A stretch of DNA of 63,701 bases, filler included, from Reticulomyxa filosa (Eukaryota > Protista > Foraminifera), in the NCBI GenBank assembly GCA_000512085.1. It is 15 parts of 15 records of this genome, joined end to end, with 100 filler letters (N's around TTAATTAATTAA, not from the genome) between each part and the next. Parts side by side here need not be neighbours in the genome. Positions count along the whole stretch, not along the records: positions 1 to 11,843 come from ASPP01037250.1; 14 more parts are not named here. One strand, written 5' to 3'. The notes beneath the pieces were generated by a model. The model was not told the DNA's origin. It worked only from the letters and a program-made list of their open reading frames with translations, and made no database searches. Below, in pieces: positions 1-11,943 of the stretch. Position 1 is the stretch's first letter. Each line of letters begins with the position of its first letter. The position numbers and the translations under genes were made by a program.

Positions 1-35
<35 letters not shown>

Positions 36-900
36 GGCTATGTTTGTGCATCGAAAAAGCAAATAAACAAATATATAATATATATACATATATTATATAT
101 TTGTTTATTTGGCTTTTGTTTTGTTTCAATACCTTCATTAAAACAAACAAACAAAAGAACAAAACTGAGGCTCTTTCATCCCATAGGAAGCATTATCTCT
201 ATCCCTATCTCTATCTCTATCTCTGTCTCTGTCTCTACCTCTGTCTCCGACATTGGATGTGGACGACTGCATGCGCACTCGGTCGCTTTTTTTTTTATGG
301 GAAGACGAGCGAGAGCGTGATTTCTTCTTTTTTTTTTTGGCCTTGTTGTTGTGCTTCGAGGATTTCTTTTTCTTCTTTTTTTTCGCTTTACTGCTTTCTT
401 CCTCGCTGCTACTGCCACTGTGGTCCGAGCCCGAATCTTCCGATGATCTCGAGCTCGTTGAATCTTCATCTTCGTCTCTATTTTCATCTTCTTCATCTTC
501 CTCTTCGTCTTCTTCGTCGTCCTCGTCTTCGTCATCGTGGCGCTTTGACTTTTTTCGCCATTTCTCCTTCTTCTTCTCTTTCTCTTTCTCTTTCTCTCTC
601 TCTTTCTCTTTCTCGGTGCTTGGGTAGTCCCCCATTTTCTTCATGTCCTTCCAATTGCTTCGTCCTTGAGACGGCATCATCAGCATTGGTGGTGCAAATC
701 TTTGTGCAGGAAGTCTTGGCCTATACCCTCCTGGTATTGCTGGCCTCGGTTGTACTCCCTGCCATTTGTAAGAGTAAATTATTTCTTTTTTTTTTTGGGA
801 ACTTACAAGATCTTATACGGTTGAGGACTAGTCACACTCTTTTTTTTTTTGTAGCTATAAAAAATGATCTTACCGGGTGAAATGTATAATATGGATCCAT
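1..900 (-). CDS. Partial intron-containing hypothetical protein, low complexity (Lys/Glu/Ser-rich with an RD dipeptide repeat)
   Basis: ORF 138..686 (-) has EK, acidic, poly-K and (RD)n tracts. Upstream GTAAG donors lie near 873 and 806. No recognisable domain; boundaries approximate. Confidence 0.55.
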
Positions 901-1987
901 GTATATATAATACGTATGATTGCACCAACAAAAAATTTGACTTATGTCTCCCTCTTTTTTTTGTGCTTAACACACCTGAAATTTTTGCATTATATTGGTG
1001 CTTCTGTTTATAAGTAACTCTAATAATTACCTAACGTTGTTAAAATTAAAAGACCGAACTGTTTCGTAACAACATCATTTGTTTTGGGAAATTTCTATTT
1101 TCTATTCAATGATAAAATTCTTTTATTGTTCCGGAAATTACAAATTTTTTTATACATTTTTTTACAATGTAAAGATCAAGTGATTTGCAATTTGTTATAA
1201 AGGATGGCATGTTAATGTTTGAAAACAAAGACTTATCGTTCTTCCATATGGGGATTGTTCCTATTTCAGCTATGTGTAATATAAGAGCTCTCATTATTCC
1301 AAAGTGTTAATTTCTTCAACGTTTTTTTACCATTTCGACTGATATTTTATTTTTTCCAGCACGTGATTCTGAAATGTTGATGAAGGAATTACTCTCTATT
1401 TGAAAAAAAAAATAAAAATAAACTTGTTCCGGCCAGTGACAAAGAGAAAAAACGTTTTCATAAAAGAAAATGTTCGTTTAGTAAAAAAAACTTCAAAATT
1501 TCACTTATATCCACGAGAAGTTATTCTACATATTCATTAACAAGACCAAGCAGAGGCAATATTTTTGTTGTTTTTTGTTAACAGATAAACGCTACACATT
1601 CAAGAATAAAAAAAGGACTACTCTCCCCCTTGTAATTCACTGTTTTAATTAATTATTTTACCAATTTTTTGTTTAGTAAAATGGCACAATAAAATTTAAT
1701 ATCTCAAAATAGTCAAACATTATGCAATGCAATATTTGAAAGAGCTTAGTTTGTTTCGATTTCTTTCTTTGTTTTGAACAAAATATTTTATTTTATTTTT
1801 ACAGTATAAACAGACTAATGTTTAATTGATGTTATGAATATAAATATACATTTACGCATTATGATCGCTGAGACATATGATCGTATATGAGCGTAATAAT
1901 TGTGTTTTACTTATTTCAATTTATGACATTTTGTAAATATAATTCTGTTTAGAATGAATATCATATTTTTTAACAAGTTCAATTATA

Positions 1988-3622
1988 CAGTAGAATGCAA
2001 AGTAAATTTGACACTTAAAACGGCACTTTATAGGGATGATTGATTTTCTTCATGAAAAAACAACATTCAGACATCATTTTTAAAAATATCTACGAATTGT
2101 GTAGTTTTTAAATATAATTTTGAATTTAGTTTTTTATTAAATCTTTACTAATTGTTTAAAAAATTTGAATATTTTATTTATTTTTACATAATTTGATGCT
2201 ATTTTCAAAGTTTGTGCATTGTACAGGCATGATAGTTTTTGACTAATATTTACTTTGTATCCACTCGTCATTGATTTTTTTGCCTTTTTTTATACAATAT
2301 CAAACAAATCAAGTTAATTCAAAAACATTATAATTGATTTTTTTTTTTGCAAGATTTTTTTAGTGAAAATTACCATTTTGTTATATCACCTTTTGCCTTT
2401 TATACTGCTTGTATTTGCTCTGGCATTGATTTTATTAAGTTTGTGCATATTTCTTTGTCAATTTTTCAAATTCTAATTCAAACTGTTTCCAAAGTTCTTC
2501 TTTGACATAAATGGTCTATTTCTTAATATTTTTGTTTTTACTATCTATCAAAGATTTTCAATTATGTTCAGATATGGAGAATTTGGAGGTAAATCCAATA
2601 CGTTGATAGCATTTTGCTCAAACCATTTTTTTACTTTAATTGCTTTGTGACTAGTGACATTATCTTGATGAAATAGTCAATCTTCATTATATTCTAAACA
2701 TCAATCAATGCTTTTGAGCATTTCATCAACTAGAATTTCTTTGTATATATCTGCTTTGACACATCTATCAATTTTACATGTATAACCAGGTACTAACTCT
2801 CCAAAGCAAGACCACGTGATTATGCTTCCACCAACAAATTTTGATGTTTTTATAATTGCATTTTCGGTAAGTGGTGCTTATTATCTCTTACAATCATGAC
2901 GTCTTCAACTACTACATCTTAAATTAATTTTGCTTTCATTAGAAAAAAAGCAATTTTTTACAATCATATAATGTCCATTCTTTATACTTCTTTGCAAAAT
3001 CAAGTCTTGCTTTCTTTTTTTTTGTCAAAAAATGTTTTTTCTTCAAAGTAATAGCATTTAATCCATTCTTTTTAAGCATTCTGTTATTATTGCACATGAA
3101 ATTAAAGCAAAATCTTCTTTTTCCAGTCTTGTTTTTACATCTTCAGCCTTAACACATTTGCCAATAATCATCCACTGTACAATAAGACGCTGAATTCGTT
3201 CTGGTACTTTTAACGAACGTCCTTTTCTTGGTCTTCTTAATAATTTTCTAAGCTTTGAACGTAAGCTTCCATTTACGCACATATTCACGACTTACATGAA
3301 ACTTTCTTGCAACCTTGCGCAAACTCCAGCCTTGCCTCAACAGCTCAATCGCAAGTTATTTATTAAAATTATCAATTTCTTTCACCATTTTTAAAAAAAA
3401 TAAAAAAATCAAATTTTGAACTATACCAAGCTAAAAAAAAAGGACAAAACATTAAAATAATTATGAAAGATGTAATAAAAAACCAAATTATATTAAAAAG
3501 TACAGGATTTGTAGATATTTTTTTATAAAAAAATTAGGTCTGAATGTTGTTTTTTCATGAAGAAAATCAATTATCTATATAAGGTGCCGTTTTATGTGTC
3601 AACTTTACTTTGCATTATACTG
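1988..3622 (-). mobile_element. Tc1/mariner (DD34E) DNA transposon, full length but defective, about 145-bp imperfect TIRs and TA target duplication
   Basis: TA|CAGTAGAATGCAAAGTAAA at 1988 and the inverse ...TTTACTTTGCATTATACTG|TA ending at 3622. The TIR match extends about 145 bp. A decayed transposase lies inside. Confidence 0.93.
2370..3388 (-). pseudogene. Tc1-family transposase pseudogene
   Basis: Manual translation: N-terminal HTH (MVKEIDNFNK*LAIELLRQGWSLRKVARKF), FSNESK (first Asp changed to Asn), GGSIITWSCF, and QDN...PPNSPYLNIIEN with 34 residues between D and E. Several stops and frameshifts. Confidence 0.9.
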
Positions 3623-5734
3623 TATTTATAACTTATTTGTGTTTTATTGTATTCTAGTTTTAATCCAAAACACGTGAAGATGCTGTATTACTATTTTTTA
3701 TTTTGTTCGCATACTTTTAAAAAAATTAGTCAAATTTTTCACAGGACAAGTTTTTTTGCATTATCTCAATGTGATGAAATTCAATAATGACAGCAAAGAA
3801 TAGAAGATCGTTAAATGAACGATAATACAAAGTGTCTGCCAATCAATCAAAGTTTCGAAAAGAGACTTAAAGCATATCAACTAGTTGAATAATAAAATTC
3901 TCAGAAACCAAATGCTTCATTTTATTTGCGAGAAAAAAGAAGTGACAGCTCACACATATCAATTCTCTTTGTTTTCATTGCTAACATATGAATACAACTC
4001 TTCTGTTAGTTTGAAACCAGATTTTTTTCTAAAAAAAAAAATATTATAAAATATATTACATAACAGTTGATCAACCAAAAAGTTGAATACAATAATGTCA
4101 TAATCCAATCTTAAAGGACAATTCTTTACAAAACATAAACGGAAAAAAAGTTATTTTGTCTAGAAACACTTTTTTGTTGTTGATCATTTTCGTTTTATTG
4201 TGGCCATTTTTTGTTTTTTTTGAATCTGTTTTTGAAAATGATCCAGATTTTAGTAAATAAATAATGTAATGACGATTTTCGACATTGATGTATCTCCATT
4301 TGACAGCAGCGATATGCTGAACAAGAGATTACAACGACTCAAATTCCTTTTTTTTCGCTTTTGTTTCGTGAAAAAGATTTTATATAAATCAACGTATAAT
4401 TTTTAGAAAAAGGTTTTTTCCAAGCTGCGTCTTGCTCCAAGTTGTTTTCAAGGTTTATATAATATCTACAATCTTTGAGTATTCAGCTGTTGTTTATAGA
4501 TCAAGTGGAAGCAAGAAATCATTTCGATTGATATCTTTTTTGTTTCAAAAAAGCAACAAAAATTAAGTTTGAAAGCGACGATTATCGAATTGTTTAATCT
4601 CATCTTTGATACCAGCAGGACAAGTGATGTTGCCGTTTGTGCGTTTTTTTGAAAGTATTTCTATTTCAAAAAATTAACTCTGGAATCGTGCAAGCAAGAA
4701 CGAAAAAAAAAAAGAACTTTTCAAGAAACTGTAAAGACGCATTTGCAGTTGCTCACAAAGCTAAATATGATTTTATGCACAAAGGACTACAATGAATTCG
4801 CAGCAGTCCCTCCCTTCGAAAAACAAAAGCAAAAACCAAGTGTATAGCCGGATGAATACAGAAATGAAGAAAAAATCCGATTTTTTTCTCAAATGTGCTT
4901 TTACAAAAATTACAGACAATTTTATTAACTGTTTAATTTAGTTCGAAAATTGAACGTCAATTTATTATCGTTGGAAAAACTGTTTTATTTGATCAAAATA
5001 TTCTTTAAATGAACCAACTGCTTTAAAGTGGTATCGCTCAGTGTAATTTTCATTTGTTGTTCGTTTCAACAAATAAATTTATTTGATATTTAATTGAAAA
5101 AATTACTTTTAAAAAGTGTTATTCATGTGCTTTTTTCTGTGCCTAAGATATTTAAATTATAATACATATTAAAATTTAATTATGAAAATTCAATTAAATA
5201 TGCTTAACATTATTGTTTTTAATTAAAAATGAAAATTATATTTTGAATTGTACATTACATTTTAAAATATTTCAACAAATTTTTCATATATAAACAACAA
5301 TTACTAAACGACTCTGCTAGTTGAATCATATTTATATCATTAACTTATTTTTACAAATTCATAAACATATGTTCAGAAAAACGCACATGCATCACACTTT
5401 TTTTAATGATTGCATAAAAAAGTTCAAGTTGAAAAAACTAAATGAAGAACTCGACACGTACAGTACTATATCTTTACATTTGTTTACAATTTCAGTACTA
5501 ATAATTTAACAAAAATGAATAATAAAATATTTCTCAACGTTAGATATTGGAATAAAAAAGCACATTATTTAGAATTTCGCAATTGCAAAACCAAGAGATC
5601 AATTCTATAGTGGTTAATTCTTTTGGCAGATGTAATTGTCCAAGGAGAGTAGCTAAATACCTTAGAAAAACAAAAGGAGGGCGTCTTTCGCTCAAGCCAC
5701 GAAAAATTTTCTAAAAAAAAAGCACACGCAATAT

Positions 5735-8610
5735 ATGACCAGCACCGATAAAGTTTTGCTCCCAAAGCCACAGCAAGCGAATGAAGTTCAACCGTTATTG
5801 AAGAGGTAATGGTCAGCGTTGAATCCCATTAAAAAAAAAAAAATATACATGTGTTCGCAAAGTAAACAAGTGTTAGTTATGTAGCCTTGGCACAAATGGG
5901 TAATGGAAACAGTGAACAATAACAAAATGTTGTCAGAAAGGACGAGCCATCAGCAGTTGGTCCGTCGTATGACAGCACAAAAAACGTGTTGGACTGGACG
6001 ACAGTGGCCTACCCAAATACAGGTGAGCTCGTATTGAACAACGTGGTGACCGCATCTGCAACACAATCACTGCCGAGCACATCAATGATATCGACGAAGC
6101 CAAGAATGGAACAGCCTGAACAAAAGGATGGTAGAATGACCGGTACAAAGAAAGAAAACGGACTGGCGTTGCCAATGGCGTTGGCATCCACCACCTTGTT
6201 CGAAGAGACGAACAAGCAGCCCAATATATCAAAAAATGTTGTCCAACAAAGCAAAAGCGGAGCAACGGGGAACCACAAAAACGTCAATGCATACCATACC
6301 ACAACTCGCTTCAAGGCACACCGAAGACTTCCGAATTACCGAAGCAAGTCCATGGACAGGGTCGCCTTTGCCGACCACGAATACGAAATTTACCTCGAAG
6401 GAGACGACGCCGAGCCATCCAAGCCTAAGCAACTCTACGACAGCAACGACGACGATGAAGATGACGATGACGACGATAGTGATGACCCACAAATGCTTGC
6501 CATCGAACAAGGAAACCATTACCAAACTAAAAAAGAGAGTTTATCGTCAAGCGTTTATGACAACTTTGACAGTTTGTAAAATCTTTTTTTTTTTTTTTGT
6601 TCCCCCTTTTTTTTTTTTTGTTAGGTTAATTTTTTAAAAAAAAAAAAAACTGTCCATTTTTTTTAAAATATATAAAAAAAAAAAGATTTTACAAAGACCC
6701 CGGAATTTAAAAGTAAACCGGAAAACACGTCGATGATAAAAGAAGAGTTTGGCAGCTCGTTGTACGTTCGTCGCTACTTGAATTGGATGGATGACTACTT
6801 TTGCATATCGGCGCGCGGCTCCACGATAACGACAGAGATAAAGGCAGGCGTTGTGACGTTTTTGACGATGTCATACATAGTGTTGGTCAATCCGCGAGTG
6901 CTGCATGTCAGCGGCGTGCCTCTGCACTACGCCGCCAGCAGCACTTGCTTGTCGTCTTGCATCGCCACAATAATCGCGGGGCTGTTCAGCAACTTGCCGG
7001 TGGGTTGCGCCCCGGGCATTGGCTTATCTGTGTATTTCTCGTACGGGATGATGAGCTCACTGCAATCACACATGCCACACTCCACTACAGAACAGCGATA
7101 CTTGACCGGCTTGGCCATTGTTCTCATCTCTGGCATTATCGTTTTGTGCTTGACGTTGATCGGGCTCATTTCCTTTCTTTCTGCCCGCGTTCCAAGTCTG
7201 TAATTATTTATTTAACACACTCTTTTGTTTTGATCAAAATATATAATACATATATGTACATATATATATATATATATATATTATGTAATATATTATTATG
7301 TTGTGTGCATGTGACTTGAAAAGATTTTTTGAAGCTTTCGACAGTGGTAGGGATGGGCCTGTCGCTGACATTCGTTGGGCTAATGCGGGCAGGGATTGTG
7401 GTGACCGGAAGTGGTGACAACGTGCTGGAGCTAGGGTCCGTGGAAGAGTGGGAGGTTTGGTTGGCGATTTGCAGCATATTGCTGACGGGCGTGTTGGAGA
7501 TGCACAGGATTAATGCGGCGCTGTTGATCGGTATCGTGATGGTCACTGTGATATACTTTGGCCTAACTGGGCTATGGCCGTCCACCTTCATCGACACGCC
7601 TTCGTTTGGGAATCCATTGCGTATCTTAAATTTCCAAAACATACCATTGCGAGACCTGGCGACGGCCGGCATCTCTTTCGTGTTAATCTTGATATTAGAC
7701 GTCAGTGGCATTATCTTTGGTATCGGCAAAATGACCGGTCTCATCTCCAAAAGAAATAGTAAAACCGATGTGGAAGGAAGCAAAATGGTTTTAATTGCTG
7801 TTTCCATTGGCACTATTATTGCAGCATTTTCTGGTATTTGGTTGTTGCACACATATTATATATACATATATGTACACATATATGCATTATATATATATAT
7901 ATATATATTAATTTTTTTTTTTTTTTTTTTTGGAAAGGGGCTCACCAATAATCGTTCATGCAGAATCAGTGGCAGGAATTGCAGCAGGAGGACGCACGGG
8001 CTTGACCGCTTTGGTAGTTGCGTTTTTCTTTGGCATGGCAATATTTTTTGGGCCGATATTTGGATGTGTCCCCGACATTGCAACGGCGCCGTCGCTTGTT
8101 TTGGTGGGCATATTTATGATGAAGCAAGTACAGCAGATTAAGTGGACCGACGAAGATGGCCATATAATAATGGCTATAGCAATGCCGTCGTTTTTGACAA
8201 TAATAATGATGCCATTCACATTTTCAATCGCAAATGGCATTTTCTTTGGCATTGGTAGTTTTTTAGTGTTACATTTTTCAAGTGGCAAACACTGCAAAAA
8301 ATGGAATGCACTCCGTCGTTTGAAGAAAAAAAAAGAGTCCAAAAAAAGTTTGGGTGCTCACGTACATCAATCCATCAATAACGCTTCCACGTCTGCCCAG
8401 CATGGCAACCTTAGTCGTGGTCAGGGCGTTGCATCCAACACTCAAACGACGCAAATACAAGAAGAATTACAACTATTCACAGACTCCAAAGCGATGAGCA
8501 AAAGTAAACACTTGCAAAAAACAAACGTGGGACATACTGAAAAAGAAAGGCCTGCTGGTGGACATTTGTTGACAAGAGTCTCAAACTCAACTAACACACA
8601 AATTGTCTGA
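5735..8610 (+). CDS. AzgA-type purine permease (NCS2/xanthine-uracil permease superfamily) with a long N-terminal extension, about 5 exons
   Basis: Motifs EIKAGVVTFLTMSYIVLVNP, APGIGLSVYF, AESVAGIAAGGRTGLTA and PFTFSIANGIFFG. Exons 5735-5805 and 5937-6571 join in phase to 6686; later introns lie near 7200-7323 and 7833-7937. Confidence 0.9.
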
Positions 8611-9347
8611 TTTTTTTTATCCCTTTTTTTTTGACAACAAAATTTACAAACATCATTTCAAGGGCGCCTTCATTTTTAATCAACTTTTTTTTTGGTTTTG
8701 CCTGTTTATTCGCTATTTTTTAAACTTTTTTTTTTCCTCATGTTTTGCTCGCCTTGTGTGCTATCAAACACAGTCTCCTGCATTTATTACCTTCTTTTCA
8801 ACTTTGGTTGAAAATGAATTGGGTGTTGCCACTTGATGATATCTGCCTTGTGAACATTTACAAATAAATGCGAAGTTAGTTGTCGATTGTATTTCTTTCA
8901 AATTACATTTACTTAGCGACCCTCAACTTGAAGGGGAGGGAGAAAAAAATTGTCTAATTTCGAATATTGCACTACGCTGCATTTTCTTTGCTACTATTAA
9001 TTTAACATTGCTTCATTAAATTTTGGTTACTCCCCAAAATTGTCCACATTACTTGAAAAACAAGATATGAATCACTAACAAATAATTGTCTGTAAGTTAA
9101 TGATCGTCATAACTCAAAAAAAATGAGACGTGCATTTCAAAACAAGTCAAAAAACATTCTTTGGTGTGATTTTACTTGACAAATAAATATAGTGCAACTT
9201 TCAAAAAGGTTATCTGTACAGTTTTATTGACTTTGTACAAACTGATAAAGTTGGCCATAAATCAGTACATACCATTGTTATAGTAGTTTTGGGTCCGAAG
9301 TTCGGTCTTTTTTGAAAGCTCTTAAGCAAAATTATTATATTTGATGA

Positions 9348-11669
9348 ATGGAAACAGATCCAATCCACATGGAAGCAGAAAAAAGTGAAAGAGGAGATAA
9401 TATGGCGCCCTTTGAAACACTAGCTTCTCCACCTGTTCTGTTTACTGATCCACAGTACACAACCTACAACGCGAAATTTTGATTTGTGGAGGTTTTGAAC
9501 AGAACAACTGTTATTCCTGCCATACATTGAAAAATCAATACAAGTATATCTGTTCTTACCTAACAAACATGGTGGTAGGTGGGCACTGTGTGGTGAAGGT
9601 TGCAAATAATGACAAAGATGTGAATGGCATTACCTTGTTATCCTTTGGTGGATGTGCAAAAAGAAACAAGCATACATTGATGATGAAATATGTAAGTGTT
9701 TGGAATGAAGAAGAAAATGAAAAAAGGATGAAAAGTAAAAAAAGCAGTAATTTTAAATGGCTCCCCTTTACCGATAATAACAGCAATCCAATCCAAATTG
9801 GAAGCAATAAAAACAATGATGGAACAAGTGCAATAATTGGCGGTAGTGATAATCATTTGTTGTTTATCACTCAATTGGCCAAGTGAAATTAGTGTATTTA
9901 ACTTGAAGACATTTTGATATGTTAATGAGTCCATTTTGCCAATTAATTTTGATTGTCCATGGCTTTGTGGCTTCGTGTTAAGAGCAAACAGTGGATTAAC
10001 CGAAACGAAAAGTAGCGAAACGCAAAAAAAGATCAAAATACTGTTATTCCATGAAATGGGGGGGGGACTATCAATTGAATATGATGAAAACAATGACAAA
10101 TTTGAATTTCGAAATTTATGGATTTGCACATCAGTGAGACAGCTATCTCGATATGCGTGTTTGTGTATCAATGACAGTGTATTGTTTTTTGGTGGATTTG
10201 ACAATGATAATGATTCTATTGTGCATAAGTATTCTGTGATGGAAGACAAATGGATACAATTTGAACTCACTCTTCCTTGTCTATTCGGGAGCTGTAATGA
10301 ATATTAAATAATGATAACACCTCCATACATCTCTTTTGTGGAGACGTTGGCAATGAAAATACTTCAACGCACGTGAGAACCAATGTCCAGTCACGGACAA
10401 AGGAAGAAACAGAAAGAGAGAAACAATGGAGCAAAGAGGAGGAAGAGAAAAGACATATAGAAGAAATCAATATGGAACTCGAAGAGACGAAAGAAGATAT
10501 AAATATTAAAAAATTGAAAGTTAGATTTTTTTTTTTTTTTTTTTTGCAATAATATAAAAATATTGTCCATTTGTAATGATAATAATTTTTTTAAAAAATA
10601 ATAATGATAATGAAAATAACGAAAAAGAGACAAAAAGAGATTTCAATGGTTGTGCATTATTGGACTAGGACATTGTTGATCCATTTTGGATGGATTGATG
10701 ATTTTATTATTGTTATCGCTCGATATCTTTTGGTAATATTGATTTTATTTGCTTACATTTTTTTTTCCCTATAAAACACATTGTATTCGAAATCGAAAAT
10801 AGATGAAATATTTCAAGCTAGCTAAAGAATTTAATGTACATCCAAACATTATGAACGATATAAGACTTTCACCTAATGGTAATGAAGCTGTTGTATCTTT
10901 TGATGACGGGACAGTTCGAATATAGGATATTGGATTGGGAAAAGAGGTAAAAGTATTGAAAGGACATTCGCTCCGCATGAATACTGCACAATATTCACCA
11001 AGAGGTGCGATTATTGTATCTTGTTCAGAAGATAATACAATTCGATTATGGAATGCTACATCCGGTCAAAAAATACGGAAATTGAATGATGGCTTAGAAG
11101 GTTTGACATGTGCTAAATTTTCTCCTGATGGAAATAGCATTATATCATGCTCGATGGATAAAATTATGCTGTGGGATATTCATTCTGGAAAACACTACAC
11201 AAAATTGTTTGAAGATGTAAAGGATGAAAGAGAAGTACAGTTTTCATCAGATGGCAACAAAATTATATCATCGTGTGGCATTAATATTATTGTACGAGAT
11301 GTACTATCTGGTAGAATAATTAACATATTTAGTTATCCAGCTATGGTGACCAGAACACAATTTTCTCCTAATGACTTCTTTATTGTTTCTTGTGCAGAGA
11401 ATGCAATTCAAATATGGGATGGGAAATCCACAAACGCTTTGCAAGTAATGAATGGACACTTCAAGGAGATAGCGAATGCGATATTTTCGCCTGATGGACA
11501 AACTATTATATCCTGTTCCGATGATAAAACGATTCGATTATGGGATGTAAAATCAGAATTAGAGATACAAAAATTGAAAGGACATTCTGACAAAGTGCAA
11601 AGGATTGACATTTCATCAGATGGTTTGACAATTGTGTCCTGTTCTTTTGATCAAACGATTCGACTGTAA
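9348..11669 (+). pseudogene. Kelch-like beta-propeller + 'GWIDDF' helical linker + WD40 repeats; Kelch part disrupted
   Basis: ILICGG...CYSCH...GHCVV...LLSFGG Kelch-like motifs with frameshifts (about 9470, 9875, 10300) and an in-frame TGA near 9915. The WD40 ORF 10935..11669 is intact (GH...FSPDG...IVSCS.D.TIRLWD). Confidence 0.8.
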
Positions 11670-11843
11670 AAAAGATTATAAAACTTAAAAATTAAAACTA
11701 AAGAGTTGCTATTTCTTCCAAAAAAAATTGTCACGATGAGACGAAAAATTGTTTTTTATTTTCCTCAAAAAAGTATATTCAAAATACATTCACAAAACAA
11801 TTTGAAATAACACAGAGAAAAACAATAACCAAGAACATCTCTT

Positions 11844-11943
11844 NNNNNNNNNNNNNNNNNNNNNNNNNNNNNNNNNNNNNNNNNNNNTTAATTAATTAAN
11901 NNNNNNNNNNNNNNNNNNNNNNNNNNNNNNNNNNNNNNNNNNN
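11844..11943. other. Artificial contig spacer N44-TTAATTAATTAA-N44 (14 copies)
   Basis: Identical 100-bp spacers start at 11844, 16854, 18171, 19828, 29583, 39790, 41042, 42766, 46545, 50061, 51568, 53018, 57473 and 59208. The 12-mer gives stops in all six frames. Confidence 0.98.

Noticed and set aside
44-880. Long plus-strand ORFs (278 aa, 124 aa) and similar antisense ORFs at 17166-17604, 32651-33577 and 55287-55847
   Set aside because: These are shadows of low-complexity coding sequence on the opposite strand (poly-S/F/L translations).
4250-4860. Slightly GC-richer patches suggesting a decayed gene (also 39950-40480 and 57700-58300)
   Set aside because: No sustained ORF or recognisable motif.
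9884-9920. TGA or TAA reassignment (alternative genetic code)
   Set aside because: In-frame stops occur only in regions that also carry frameshifts. Intact genes end at TGA, TAA and TAG at the expected positions.
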